Shown: one piece after another, positions 1 to 11,839 of the stretch | Numbering within the stretch: position 1 is the stretch's first letter | How the letters are laid out: every line of letters begins with the position of its first letter | Source: Rhina ancylostomus | Taxonomy: Eukaryota | Length of the DNA: 64,000 nt | Direction of reading: 5' to 3' | Assembly: GCA_030265395.1 (NCBI GenBank) | Contig: JARFYF010000056.1 | Coordinates: 28,296,905 to 28,360,904 of the forward strand | The notes under the pieces: generated by a model | Database searches by the model: none | Seen by the model: the letters and a program-made list of their open reading frames with translations, nothing else | What the model was told of the DNA's origin: nothing | Made by a program: the position numbers and the translations under genes

Positions 1-132
1 GGGGGGGTGGGGGGAGGTGTTTCAGGGTTCGGGTGTGTATGGGGTGGATCTGAGGGGTGTGGGGAGGTGTTTCGGGGCGAGGGTGAGCAGGAGTTGCATC
101 GATTGGATGGCTGGACTTGGTTTCTCTTTCAG

Positions 133-231
133 ATGGAAATGGAGAAGAAACACGAGACCAGTCAGGAGAATTACTGGCTGATCCAGTACCAGCGGCTGAT
201 GGACACGAAGCCGCTGTCCCTTCGAGCACGG
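133..231 (+). CDS. LRSAM1: LRSAM1 exon ([33 protein letters not shown])
   Basis: tttctctttcag acceptor, gtaact donor, 99 nt, phase 0-0. Confidence 0.93.
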
Positions 232-599
232 GTAACTTCTGCTCATCTGTCTCCTGTCCACACAGTTCCAGGCGAAGGGCAGTGGCCTGAACAGTTGACT
301 TGTTAACCCCACCTTTACTACCTGTGACTAGCTTTTGACTTCACACTGGTTCGCGTTCTGGAAGCCAGTGCGGGTGGTGGTAAGGACGTTCCAAGCTGGA
401 AAGCAGTTCACCCTGCTCCTTGTGTGTTTGGTGCTGATCACAGGGTCAGACCCAAGGCAGCTTCTGGGCAGAGGTGGTTTGTCAGTGGGAACACACTCTG
501 GGCCTCGGATAAGATGGAAACTTGAGAATCAGTTTACTGCCACAGTGGACAGCGCATTGAGTTGGATGTCGCAAACTTCCACTTAATCCCATTTTAAGG

Positions 600-890
600 A
601 GGCCATTCGGCCCAGTCTATCCCAGCCCTCCTACCGTTCCTGTCAATCCCTCACCCCAGCCTCTTCCCCCTCACCCATTCAATGATCATCGACGCTCCGA
701 GTCTCCTGTCATCCCCTTGCACTGGGACTCGCTCACAGCAGCCAGCTAACTTGCCAGTCAGCCTGCCTGTGGAATGTTGGAGGAAACCGGAGCACCCGGG
801 GAGACCCAGAACATGCCAACTCCTCAGACAGCACCGGAGGTCAGGATTGACCGTGGACTGCCGGAGCTGTGAGGCAGCAGCTCCACTGCT
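600..890 (-). mobile_element. Degenerate V-SINE/HE1-like SINE
   Basis: Reverse complement of the V-domain motif (ggaggaaaccggagcacccgg) and a B-box-like head. Confidence 0.6.
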
Positions 891-949
891 GACGGGGTTA
901 GAGGGCTGTGTGGTGTGGAGCCTGGCTGCTCTCGAGGGCAAAGGTTTAA

Positions 950-1160
950 GCTGGGGGTTAGAGGGGGTCTGGAGTGCCCTGCCTGAGGAGGTGGTGGAGG
1001 CAGAGACTCTCAACATTTAAAGCGTACGTGGATGAGAACTTGAATCACCAAGGCTTGGAAGGCCACGGATGAAGTGCTGCTACGTGGCGTTAGTGTAGAT
1101 GGTCAGTATGGATGTGATGGGCCGAAGGGCCTGTTTCTGTGCTGGATGATTCTGTGATCA
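950..1160 (+). mobile_element. CR1 LINE 3' end fragment
   Basis: gaggaggtggtggaggcag...gggccgaagggcctgtttctgtgctg tail, shared with other CR1 copies in the window. Confidence 0.7.
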
Positions 1161-1411
1161 CGACTCAATCCAGGCACGGTTGGAAACCGGGCAGCGCATG
1201 TTCTGAAGCAGGCTGATACCAACATGGTTGGGAATGTTGGGTCAGGAGCTTCCGAGCAGGAACCAGCAAGTCATCCCTGGCTACTCTGAGGCATATTTCT
1301 CCACTTCCCGCCCCAGTTCCCCCACCACTGTCCCCGGCGTTCTGTTTGTTGTTCTCCTGGACCGGCTCATCGTCAGATTGTTAACCTTCAACCCTGTGCC
1401 CCCCCCCACAG

Positions 1412-1543
1412 GAGGAGGGCGTGGAGAAGGCATTGGCGGACTTGTTGACCGAGCTCTCGGCAGATCAGTACCTGCCCCTGTTCGCCCACCAGCGGGTCAC
1501 CCTGAAGATGCTGCGTTACATGACGGCGGAGGACCTACAGCAG
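1412..1543 (+). CDS. LRSAM1: LRSAM1 exon, SAM domain (EEGVEKALADLLTELSADQYLPLFAHQRVTLKMLRYMTAEDLQQ)
   Basis: cccacag acceptor, gtacgg donor, 132 nt, phase 0-0. Confidence 0.93.
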
Positions 1544-2026
1544 GTACGGCGGGCTGTTAATGAACAGACAGTCCGTGCGGTGTGGGAGAACACGGGATGT
1601 GGGAGGGAGGGGTGGGTGACCAACCCTTCCAAGGTGGGTGTAAATGCCCCTCCCATTGAGACGGTGAGTGGCCAAGGCGAGGGGTGGTGTGTGAACGGAC
1701 TCTTCCCTTTTGCTGTGAGGCAGTATGTAGGGGCAGAGGGGATGAAATGGGCCTCTCCCATCGGGGGGGTGTTGGCAGACCCCTCACATTGAGGCGGTGT
1801 TGTGGGGAGCGGTGATGGGTCCCTCCTGTGGGGAGACAGAAAGTCACCTGGCACCAGAGTGCCTCCAAAACCCAACCAGTGCTGGGGGTCCCATCTTGTG
1901 AGAAAGGACGTCTCTCCTCGACACAGCCGGCCGTGCAAGGAGGGGCTGTGAGTGTGCAAAACACTTCAGGATACTACCACAGACATGCGGGCGGAGTGGT
2001 GTGACCAAGGTGTCCTCTGTCCGCAG

Positions 2027-2096
2027 ATTGGAGTCAAGGAGCGCAACCTACAGCGTGCCATCCTCGGACGTGTACAGGAGCTTCTGCCTGCAGAAG
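2027..2096 (+). CDS. LRSAM1: LRSAM1 exon, end of SAM domain (IGVKERNLQRAILGRVQELLPAE)
   Basis: ccgcag acceptor, gtaacc donor, 70 nt, phase 0-1. Confidence 0.92.
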
Positions 2097-2360
2097 GTAA
2101 CCGCACCGGGACAGTTACTTCAATCTCTCCCCTGCTTCCCTCGAGCGCCATGTTTCACGGGCACTGGTGGCCTGCTCAGTGCACACCCTGAAGGCCCACC
2201 ACTGACCCTGCACGCTGCTCTTAATCAGGCTCAGCCTGATGCAGAGCAACTTCCCCCAATGGATGAACAGTCCCTTGGCATTGTTCGATGTGGAGCAGCT
2301 CGATGGACGAAGCAGAGGTAGATGAATGTTTGAGAGATCAGGGAATTGAGGATGTGGGCA

Positions 2361-2646
2361 GGCACGGTGGTGTAGCAGTTAGCGTGATGCTATTACAGCG
2401 CCAGTGACCCGGGTTCGATTCCCACCGCTGTCTGTAAGGAGTTTGCACGTTCTCCCCGTGTCTGCGTGGGTTTCCTCCGGGTGCTCCGGTTTCCTCCCAC
2501 ANNNNNNNNNNNNNNNNNNNNNNNNNNNCGTACTATGTTGGTGCTGGAAGCGTGGCGACACTTGTGGGCTGCCCCCAGAACACTCTGTGCAAAAGATGCA
2601 TTTTACTGTGTGTTTTGATGTACATGTGACTAATAAAGAGATCTTA
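2361..2646 (+). mobile_element. tRNA-derived V-SINE (young family)
   Basis: A/B boxes (tggtgtagcagtt; ggttcgattccc), V-domain gtgggtttcctccgggtgctccggtttcctcccac, tail gtacatgtgactaataaag; close copies at 16022 and 20053. Confidence 0.88.
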
Positions 2647-2871
2647 ATCGGAAGCTGATGGAGGACTGGGGCAGCTCAGCCACAACCGCACTGAATGGTG
2701 GGGCAGATGGCCTACCCGCTGCTCAGACCAATGGCTCTGCTGCTTGACTAGGGGTGTAAGCAGGGAATGCCATCTGTGTCGCTGACCATCAGCAGATAGA
2801 CTGGGGACAATCGGCTGCTTTTGGTGAGATAAAATCCCTCACCTGGTTTCTCATGTAATTCAACTCTGTAG

Positions 2872-3044
2872 ATTGGAGATTGCCATCCGCTCCAGCGAAG
2901 GATGTCGCTGCTGATTCGGGCGAGAGACAACCCAGTGCTCCTGTGGAGGACCAAGTGGGGCCCTCCAGTTCACCAGAGCCCAGTGTGCCAGCCTCGGAAG
3001 AAGTTGTGGCTCAGTCAGAGTGTGTTGTCTGCATGGAGCAAGAG
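2872..3044 (+). CDS. LRSAM1: LRSAM1 exon with PSAP motifs and RING start (DWRLPSAP...QPSAP...SECVVCMEQE)
   Basis: ctgtag acceptor, gtaagc donor, 173 nt, phase 1-0; CxxC of the RING. Confidence 0.9.
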
Positions 3045-4237
3045 GTAAGCGCGCTGCCGGGGTCCAAAGAGTAGCCTGAATCTGCCTTGGTGAAAAGTCG
3101 TGCATTACTGTACTGGGTGCGTGTGTGTTAGTCATTTCCCTGCTTTGCTGAGGAAACTGAGGGTACACAGCTCTACAGCTATCCTGCCACTGAACAGCGT
3201 GAACCTTTCGTCAGAATCAATGAATGGCAGGGGGTCCCGGTTGATTGTTATGGAGCCAGGATCTCTGACACGTTGATAGATGCCAAACCTTCGGGTTTAA
3301 AGACCAAATAGGGTGCTTGTTCCCACTCAGGTGATGCTACTGCACCAGTGGTAATCTAGTCATCACCATGTTGTTCTCTCATATACTGTATGGAACCAAA
3401 ACTGTCTGAATTGTGTCTGGTACCTTTTTACACTTGTCACAATGTGTAATTTCTGTGTGTGGTGATGTCTGATTTTCACCAGTACTAAACACTTCAAGAC
3501 CAGACCTCAAAGTAATGTGAATAAATATACTTTGAGATGCTGCCTTTAGAACTCCAATAATTTTTCATTGCTTTTTTTTAAACAGAGAGCTTGTAATACC
3601 ATGGAAGGCACTGCCAGAATTAGTGATTGAGGGACTGCTTAAGTGAAAGTTGGTTAATGGGAAGAGACAATGGAGTAAACTAACAGGATCAGCACTGCTG
3701 GCACAGAGGTGCCACCTGATTGCTGCTTGGTGTGAAGGGTCTGGCACTTCCAGTAATTTATTTTCATTCAGATTTTGAGAATCCTTTTCCTTTTATTTAC
3801 TTTGTATTGTTAGAAATCATTCTTCATCAGAGTGCAAGGATTGATAGCATTTGTTGCTCAAGTTGCGAACTGCTAAAGGTTCTGCAATGACGTTGTTAGG
3901 TGTGGAACTCTATAACTTTGATCCAACAACAATGACGGTGCAGTTTGTTTCCAATGTTGTGATGAAACGTGTCTTGGGATTGGAGCTGCTGGCATTCCCA
4001 TCGATCTGATACCAATTTAGATGATGAAGGTTATTGGCTTAGAAAGTTCAGTTAACAAAGCCTTCAGAGGTTGCAGCCCCCTCTTCGCTGCCACCATTCC
4101 TCTGGGACCACTCAAGGCCAGGAGCAGCTCTGAGCTGCTAGAGGAGCCAGTCGGTAAAATGACCCAAACAGAAGGTGAAGTGAGATACGTCCCAGATGTT
4201 GGGTGGGGGATGTACTCATGACCTCTCTATGTTCCAG

Positions 4238-4363
4238 AGTCAAATGATCTTCCTGACCTGTGGCCATGTTTGCTGCTGTCACACGTGTGGGATGGAGTTG
4301 CACACTTGCCCTCTCTGCCGGAAGGAAATCGAACAAAAGATTCGCATGTATCGCACATCCTGA
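4238..4363 (+). CDS. LRSAM1: LRSAM1 last coding exon, RING finger (SQMIFLTCGHVCCCHTCGMELHTCPLCRKEIEQKIRMYRTS*)
   Basis: ttccag acceptor; CGHVCCC..CPLCR RING signature; TGA at 4361-4363; not in the ORF track. Confidence 0.95.
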   Translation, partial: SQMIFLTCGHVCCCHTCGMELHTCPLCRKEIEQKIRMYRTS

Positions 4364-6498
4364 GTGGCGTTCCATTTCCTACCCAATGTACGTGAGCTCA
4401 CAGGTGTGCTTGTCAGAAACCATCCTGCTGACCTGGATTAACTAATCCGCCCCCCCACCCCCAGAGGCATCTGTGTTCTCGGTAAAAGGTGCTGACGGGT
4501 TTCAGGAAGGATCAAGATATTGGGCTCCATTGCTCAGGGTGCAGGACTCCAGCAGGGCGCGCGCGCACACATGCAACACAAAAAAAAACTTGGTGTCATC
4601 CCACCCAGTACCCCAGAGTGCACCTGCAGCTTCCATTCCCCAGCCCAGGGACAACCATCTGATTTGTTCACACACCCCTCACACCTCACCAGGTTGTCCC
4701 CATACAGAGTGTTTATTTAATCTTCTCAGCAGTTGTGAGCTGTTTCAGTTGAGCCTCATTGGTTTGACTGCCTGATTCTCACCTTCCTGTGTTCTGGTTC
4801 TTCATATTGTCCCACAATCCACTCCTGCCCCTTCTGTCTTCTCAGAAGAACTTCAGTCAATTTGATTTTGGCATTCCTGAGATTTTGGATAAAACTGGCA
4901 AAGATCATGGATGTTCTGAGATGAGCATGAATTGTTTGCTATTGAAGCATAATGTTGGTACTTATTTCAGTTACTAACTGTGTATCATTGTCCCACAGAT
5001 CTGCCTACAACCTCCTGCACTTCAGCCTGCCTGTGCCTTACACCTCCTCTTTACCCCCACCCCAAAGGTAAAACTGTGGCATAGCCTCCTCCTAGGCTGG
5101 CTTGAGGTCTTCCTGGATGGATAATCTACGGCTGGTCAGGCCTGAATTGTGTTGGCAGTGATGTGAGTTGGTCACGTTGAGCTCCCATGAATTAGCACTC
5201 TAGTAACTTGCTTTATCATGAACTGGTTGTATAGATAGGGAACTGGAATAGAAAATGAAGTCATCTTTTCCTGCTGTTGTACTTGATTTTTGTGCCTGGA
5301 GCTACCTTGGAATGAAACTGTGAGCTGATGTAACTGATCTGCAACCAATCCACATGGGCTCTGTCATTTTTTTGAACTATGGCTCCTGTGGAATCAACCT
5401 CGTCCATATGATCCATTAAGCAGGTGTGGAACAGTGCATCTACATTGCCATTCATGCTGAGACTTCAAGGTCAGGTAGAAGGTTAAACTTTCCAACTGAC
5501 CTTACTCTACAGAGAAGTAATGCAGTACCCATTATTTGTCTTCAATTGGAGCAAGAGGGGGAGAGCAGTAGACTGAGTTGAATGTTTCTAAGATATAGGT
5601 TTAAGACAGTAAACTTTTTTTGTTAAAATCACTAATCCAGTTAAAATTTTGTTGAGCAATAAAACAAATGCTAGCCTTCCTCTTTTATTCATAGTTCAAC
5701 TGCTGCTCCTTGCATCAATGTCCTTTCACTGTTGAATGTGCTAAAGGCAAATTTAATCATGAAACTTGTCAATTTGAGAACTAAGTGCAAAAACTGACTT
5801 TTCCTCACTTCCTTCACTTGAATCACTTACTGAGGATAGTGCCTCTCCACTCAAGATCCACCTTGCCCAGAGCTAGTGATGGATGAGTAACTGCTGAAGC
5901 TGATAGGCTATGCCCAGTGCTGCTGCTTTCTCCAATTTACAGCTACTCCCCCAGAGCCATAAATGCTATTTTGCTCTGATTGGTGCTCAAGTGCAACTGT
6001 TGATCCAGTTTTATTTTGACAGCATATTTTTGGTTACTTTTCTCTGAACACCTTCAGCAGAATTATCACCCAAATTGTCTCTAGACACTTACCTGTCATC
6101 ACTGCTGTTCCATAGTCTTGACTTTTTGCCCACAAATTCCAAATGTGCTCTCTGACCTACTTCCAATCTGCCCCTATGAAATAGAGTATGTGTAAAATGT
6201 CCTTTGTGACACCTTGTCCCTGTCTCTGTCCTGTGTTTCAGCCTTTAGAGGGATTTTACAACCCAGTGCCACCACATCCTAGTTTCTCTTATACCCTCAG
6301 TGACATCCTGTATCACAGGCTTTCTCCCTCAAACTGCATGTTACATGAAGCCAGATATAAGATGAATGTAAAGCATGTTTTTAAGTTAGATGTTTAATTT
6401 ATTATGTCTTTCATGCAGAACATTTGCACTTGTATTGCTGTAAGTTCCAGTCCTACAATTATACATGTTTAAAAAGTGATCTTTATGGAAATTGTTCC

Positions 6499-6504
6499 AA
6501 TAAA
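6499..6504 (+). terminator. Probable LRSAM1 polyadenylation signal
   Basis: AATAAA followed about 20 nt later by a GU/U-rich tract (tggtttgttttgatttttgtc); another AATAAA at 5658-5663. Confidence 0.55.
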
Positions 6505-7091
6505 GGAGAGATTCCCCTTGTGGTTTGTTTTGATTTTTGTCTTGCAGCATAGATTGTCCTTGTAAAACTTGATGTGATTTTATAGATTTGTTGGAGGTAG
6601 TAATCCAGCTGAAAGGACTTTAAATAAAGCACTCAAGCTTGATTGATTGGTTCAAACTAGCTGGTCTGTTCAGCTGCAAGTTGGAGACTAACAAAAGAAT
6701 GAAAGTTAAAGATTGGTGCCTGTGGTGTATAGTGAAGGCCAGGTCCGATAGCATTGAGTGGGAATGGGAACTGGGCAGGAAGGTGGACTTGAGCTACAGG
6801 ACAAGCTGGATCTTCTTGATGATCCAGGGAGAGAGGGGGGCTAAATGACCAACCTTCCATTCTAGGGCTATGTCAGTAGTCCCAGTATCCAGGCCCAAGG
6901 GAAGGCAGCCAGTGTTCATTAAATGACATCTGGTGGAAAACAGCCTTTGTAGATGAGAAGCAAGCTGCGGAATTAGGCTGGTACTTTCCTTGAAGGAAGA
7001 CTAATAATGGTATAAACAAGGGGGTTACCACAGCAGAGATTGGAATAAAACAAATGATTGAGAAGAGACCAATTCAAATTGTGAGCCAAGA

Positions 7092-7097
7092 TTTATA
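7092..7097 (-). terminator. Possible distal FKBP15 polyadenylation signal (TATAAA variant)
   Basis: Minus-strand TATAAA with U-rich sequence downstream; canonical minus-strand AATAAA also at 8404-8409 and 8574-8579. Confidence 0.3.
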
Positions 7098-9080
7098 CAC
7101 ATTACTAGTTCTTAACAAGTCTGTATGAAGGCACATGCAGAAGATTCAGAATCTTTCATGCGATGCATTGGTCAATTCACATCATCCAGAATCCTGCCTG
7201 CACTTGACAAATGGTTCCAGAATTTCCCCAGAGGTAGCAGACCTCTCACACTCACTGGTCGACTGCACTTGCCTGGATCTTCAAGCAGCAACTCAGCCTG
7301 TGAAGCCATCTCCAACCACGCAGCAAAGTTCTGGGTGTAACAGACATCACAGGCCCAGCCACATCTCCACTGGCTGAACTGGCTGTCAAACAACAGCATA
7401 GTTTACAAATGTCCCTTAACGTTCAAAATTGTTCAATGTTAAAACTTAACAACCCTATCAAATTATTTTTTAAAGTTATATAAACAATACTCTCCACTGC
7501 TGCATGGAATTGCTGAACCTGCTGGGAAATTGCAGGGAGCTGGTGATCTACTCGTGGACTCCACGTCAAGTCCTGTGTGGGGTCAGGGAACTCCAGTGAC
7601 CAGCTGCCAGGAAGTGCAGGAGCCTTTAGCTTCCTGGCACTTACGTAGGTAAATGCTCGTGTTTCTCAGAATAATCCAAGCCAGTGAGTACACAATTACA
7701 CATGGCTTGCAAAGGAAGATACCAAACCATATTGGCAGGTTCCCCAAGGCTAGGGGAAAATAGTTTAAAACCCTAGAGTTCAAGCAACAGGAGGCCATGG
7801 GAAAGAGGATCAGAAAACATAAAAANNNNNNNNNNNNNNNNNNNNNNNNNNNNNNNNNNNNNNNNNNNNNNNNNNNNNNNNNNNNNNNNNNNNNNNNNNN
7901 NNNNNNNNNNNNNNNNNNNNNNNNNNNNNNNNNNNNNNNNNNNNNNNNNNNNNNNNNNNNNNNNNNNNNNNNNNNNNNNNNNNNNNNNNNNNNNNNNNNN
8001 NNNNNNNNNNNNNNNNNNNNNNNNNNNNNNNNNNNNNNNNNNNNNNNNNNNNNNNNNNNNNNNNNNNNNNNNNNNNNNNNNNNNNNNNNNNNNNNNNNNN
8101 NNNNNNNNNNNNNNNNNNNNNNNNNNNNNNNNNNNNNNNNNNNNNNNNNNNNNNNNNNNNNNNNNNNNNNNNNNNNNNNNNNNNNNNNNNNNNNNNNNNN
8201 NNNNNNNNNNNNNNNNNNNNNNNNNNNNNNNNNNNNNNNNNNNNNNNNNCCCCCCCCCCCCCCAAGTGGGGTGCAGAACAAATGATTTTTCCTCTTCAGC
8301 AGTTGGGGCCCAAAACAAATAAGCAAATAATGTATTCCCATCACACAAGCTCACTTCTTAAATTTTAACACAGCTGTGCTCCTTTCATGGAGCTGCTAAC
8401 CAATTTATTTTAAATGGATAGCAACCCATAAATAAAAACGGAGAGGGATGTTACATTGTCCACTGAGAATGAGGCTTCCCAATGGGAACCACATCCATGC
8501 AGGTAACATCAACAAACAGGAGTGAAAATGGAAGTGCTGGGCCAACTGACTAAGATTAAGGCACAGGGATAACTTTATTCTGAATGAAGGCTGTACTCTA
8601 CCTAACACACAGGACAAGGACAATGTTTGGTTCCTACTAAGTACCACTCAAACAATTCAACATGAAAACTGAGGGGAAAATATTCACAAACTATGGCAGA
8701 CACCGTAATATATTAAACAGTCATGAATGGCCTGCTGTGCTGCCCCACAACCAAGAACAATACTGTCACAGCAGTAAAATTCGACTGAGATTTGGCAGGG
8801 ATTAAAAAGAAAATTTAAGTCATATACTGTCCAGGAACACTATCAGACTTAGTGCACTTTCATCCACAGTTTCATTCAGTGTTGACTGGGGACACAGCTT
8901 CACGCCAGGAGGCTGTGACCAGCAGGTTACAAAAAATGCAGAGACCCTTGGAATGTTAAGTTCCATCACGTTAAAACACTGTAGAAGCAGGGTTTCCCAG
9001 AAAGGTGTTAGATTCACCTCGTCTTCCTTGCAAACCACCTCTTTCTCCTCAGTACCTATACCGCATCATCAGAAGCTCTC

Positions 9081-9158
9081 TCATCCCAGCCAGTCAAAGT
9101 CATCGTCATCATCATCATCTCCAAACAGTGGTGCTGGTGGTGGGCGACCCTTCATGCT
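9081..9158 (-). CDS. FKBP15: FKBP15 last coding exon (SMKGRPPPAPLFGDDDDDDDFDWLG*)
   Basis: ttctcaactcag acceptor; diagnostic FKBP15 C-terminus. Confidence 0.96.
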   Translation of the reverse strand, partial: SMKGRPPPAPLFGDDDDDDDFDWLG

Positions 9159-9907
9159 CTGAGTTGAGAAGGAAAAGCACAGCAAAAAAAAGAGAAAAAC
9201 AAATCACTCAATAGCTTGTCGAACAAGCTTCTGGTGGACAGGAGAATGCTGCCCAGGGTGGCAGTATTCAGGGTCAACTACACCTGGACTCATACCTTGC
9301 CCACTGGCCAATAGTGTTATACCCAAAATATAACCCCTTTATATTGAAGGACTGAAAGATTCCCCACTATTAAAAGGAGCTTTACTGTGACCAACACTCA
9401 GCTACGAAATCCACACAATCAAAGGGGCGAGCCCCAGGCTCCTTCTGTGACAACCCATGCAGTCAGACAACTTGTGGGCTTCAATCTGCCTGTATATGAC
9501 TCCTGCCAAAGCAAGGGGCACCAAGTGAATCTGACAGAAGCAGCTCATCAGACTGGATATTCAACCATGTGGGCTATCCTCTTACCCAGCGTGTGGGACA
9601 GGATAAGCCAACACCTAACCAGAACTCTGAGGGCAGATGAGGGGAAGGGATTGATACCAACCACACCACCTAAATTATAAAGGGTTTTCTCTTCTACATA
9701 CCATCCCTCAGTCTTTCAAAACTAGGCTTAGTGCATCTCAAAAACCACCCTTATGCAACAGGTCTGCTGGGCTGCTGTAGAGCTCAAAAGTCCCCACCCT
9801 TAGTTACTCATTCTTATGGACCAAACACTCCCACCACTTTACAACATCGCCATGACAATATGGCCCTCGGCTCATTTCACTGCTCCAGCAACCAGCGCCT
9901 CACTTAC

Positions 9908-10025
9908 CACTTCCTCCTCATCCTCCTCCTCCTCGTCCTCCTTCCTGACCAGGTGCTTCACCGTCTTTGCCAGTTTTGGAGTCGCCGATTTGAACAAGCC
10001 CTCATCGTCGTCATCACTGAAAAGG
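9908..10025 (-). CDS. FKBP15: FKBP15 exon (LFSDDDDEGLFKSATPKLAKTVKHLVRKEDEEEEDEEEV)
   Basis: cgtttag acceptor, gtaagt donor, 118 nt, phase 2-0. Confidence 0.92.
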
Positions 10026-10289
10026 CTAAACGGTGAAAGTTACAAAAGTCAGTGGTTTCTTTTGACGGCCCGAGTCAATGACTGGAGGGAGCTCCACAGG
10101 TTTACATTCCTGGGGAGGACTAGCAATGGGGACACGTTTCTTCAAAAGGGGCCCAGCACCCAACTACTCACTCCTCATCCACAGGCCCAGATAGCAAGGT
10201 GCCCAATTAACACACCTACAAATAAGAATAATTAATGGTAAAATACCACGTGCCCATGGGAAATAAAAAAGCTCTAGTCTTTAGAACTA

Positions 10290-10468
10290 CTCAAGGACAG
10301 CACAAAGTGCTTCACAACCAATTAAATTATCTTAAGTTGTAACAAAACCAACTTGTACACAGAAAGCTCCCGTAAAAAGCAAATAGATCACCTGTTTCAG
10401 TGACACTAAATGAGGAATAAATATTGGCCTGGACACCAGGGAAACTCTCCTGATCTTCTCCAAATAAA
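10290..10468 (-). mobile_element. DeuSINE (SacSINE1/AmnSINE1-like) remnant
   Basis: Reverse strand reads ...ccctggtgtccaggccaatatttattcctc...gggagctttctgtgtacaagttgg...gaagcactttg, resembling the Deu domain as recalled. Confidence 0.6.
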
Positions 10469-11839
10469 GTTTAGAAGGTTGAGAGGTACTGAAGTAGGGA
10501 GTGGCAAGGGTCTGAATGGATCTGAAGGGGTCTTGAGTTGAGCTCTACTTCCTAATACTATTCTTGCTGCTTCCATCCGTCATTGGAATATTCACATGGT
10601 CTGGAAATGTGGAAATGGAAGTGCATTAGTGATCTACATTGCTAATTGCTCACTAACAAGAGAGTAGACAAGATGTGAAGTGTTGTTTAATGGACTGTGG
10701 GGGTGACAGCTACTTCCAGGCAGGGACTCCTTTGGGGTTAAAAATAAAAGGCAGCAGGCCTCAGAATAAGATTGGTACAATGTCCTTCACCACAGTGGAA
10801 CAATGCCGTGGATTCCTTGGTTGGGAGGGGTGCCCCCTGCTCTTCCCCATCCCAGAACCAGTTGTGATTTCCTTCAGTTTTTGGGAGGCAGCACCCGTAA
10901 TGGAATCGGACTACCAGTGGGACACAGCAGGAGGAGCAACCACAAGATAAAAACCAGGGCTGAGGAAGGACACATACAAATCCTACACGTCAGAAGGCCA
11001 CACCGAGTCTTCAGGTGCAAGAGGAGAAACAGCCACTCAAGTGATCGCTGTTCCCCTTTCCAAATATCCCTAGAAACCTATTCACAAGCATATATCTAAT
11101 TCCCCTTAATAAAGTTAGCAACAAAGGAATGGAATTCAATTAAATCATAGCTGACCTGCTTATCAGTTCCATAAGCCTTACACCCATCCTTAAAAATCAA
11201 TTTTAATTAACTTGGTCTGAACATTTCGGGGGAAGAGGCTTGCAGTTTTCCATTCTTGAATCCGATTCCATTATTGCAGACAGTACATTCAGAACAACTC
11301 AGCTCTAAAAATAAATTCCCATCCTCATGGTTTGCTTCCCACTTATCCTAAAATGGGGTAAAAATATGCTTTTCAGAGGATGACATAAAACATGTATTTT
11401 ACACAGGGCATCCACCTTGAACGCAAAGCCTGCTGAGGGGAGGCAAACCTAGAACCGGGAACAGCCAGAGGCAAAACCACTCAAAATTTTTGAACGGATC
11501 TTTTAAAAAAAAAGGAAATTTCCTAACTGTAAAGACCGATTACCCCAGAGGGACACGTAACATGCTCTAATCACTCAACTACACTGCAATATTTCATTCC
11601 CACTTGAACAAATTGACCCAGAATTCTTTGATCAGATTCCCATGTTATTCAGAGGATGGGAAGCCCATGAGGCCTGGCCTTACCTTTAGTCACAGAAACA
11701 GAAAAGTAACAAAACATTCAGCTCTTCAAACTGACGCCAATTCTCTGTAAAACTAACGCAGCTAGTCCCAGTTCTTCTGTTCTTTTCCCAGAGTCCTGTA
11801 ATTTATTTTGTTTTTTCACTTAGTGATAAATTCCCCTTT

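Larger units (their letters stand above)
133..4363 (+). other. LRSAM1: LRSAM1 gene, 3' portion (last 5 coding exons; E3 ubiquitin ligase Tal)
   Basis: Five GT-AG exons join in frame to give ...[16 protein letters not shown], a SAM domain, PSAP motifs and a C-terminal RING. This matches the vertebrate LRSAM1 architecture. Confidence 0.96.

Noticed and set aside
2361-2430. tRNA-like A/B boxes
   Set aside because: SINE head, not a tRNA gene; it continues into the V-domain with no full cloverleaf
7583-8354. Long ORFs around 7.6-8.3 kb, 21.6-22.3 kb and 34.3-34.8 kb
   Set aside because: Artefacts of translating through N gaps
11410-11500. Possible exon after tttttttttaaaag on minus (NPFKNF...)
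   Set aside because: No convincing donor in a compatible phase; the flanking exons already join in frame
11678-11720. Minus-strand pyrimidine tract followed by AG/GTAAGG (zero-length exon or recursive-splice-like site)
   Set aside because: Intron is only about 3 kb, the acceptor is a weak AAG, and the gene model does not need it
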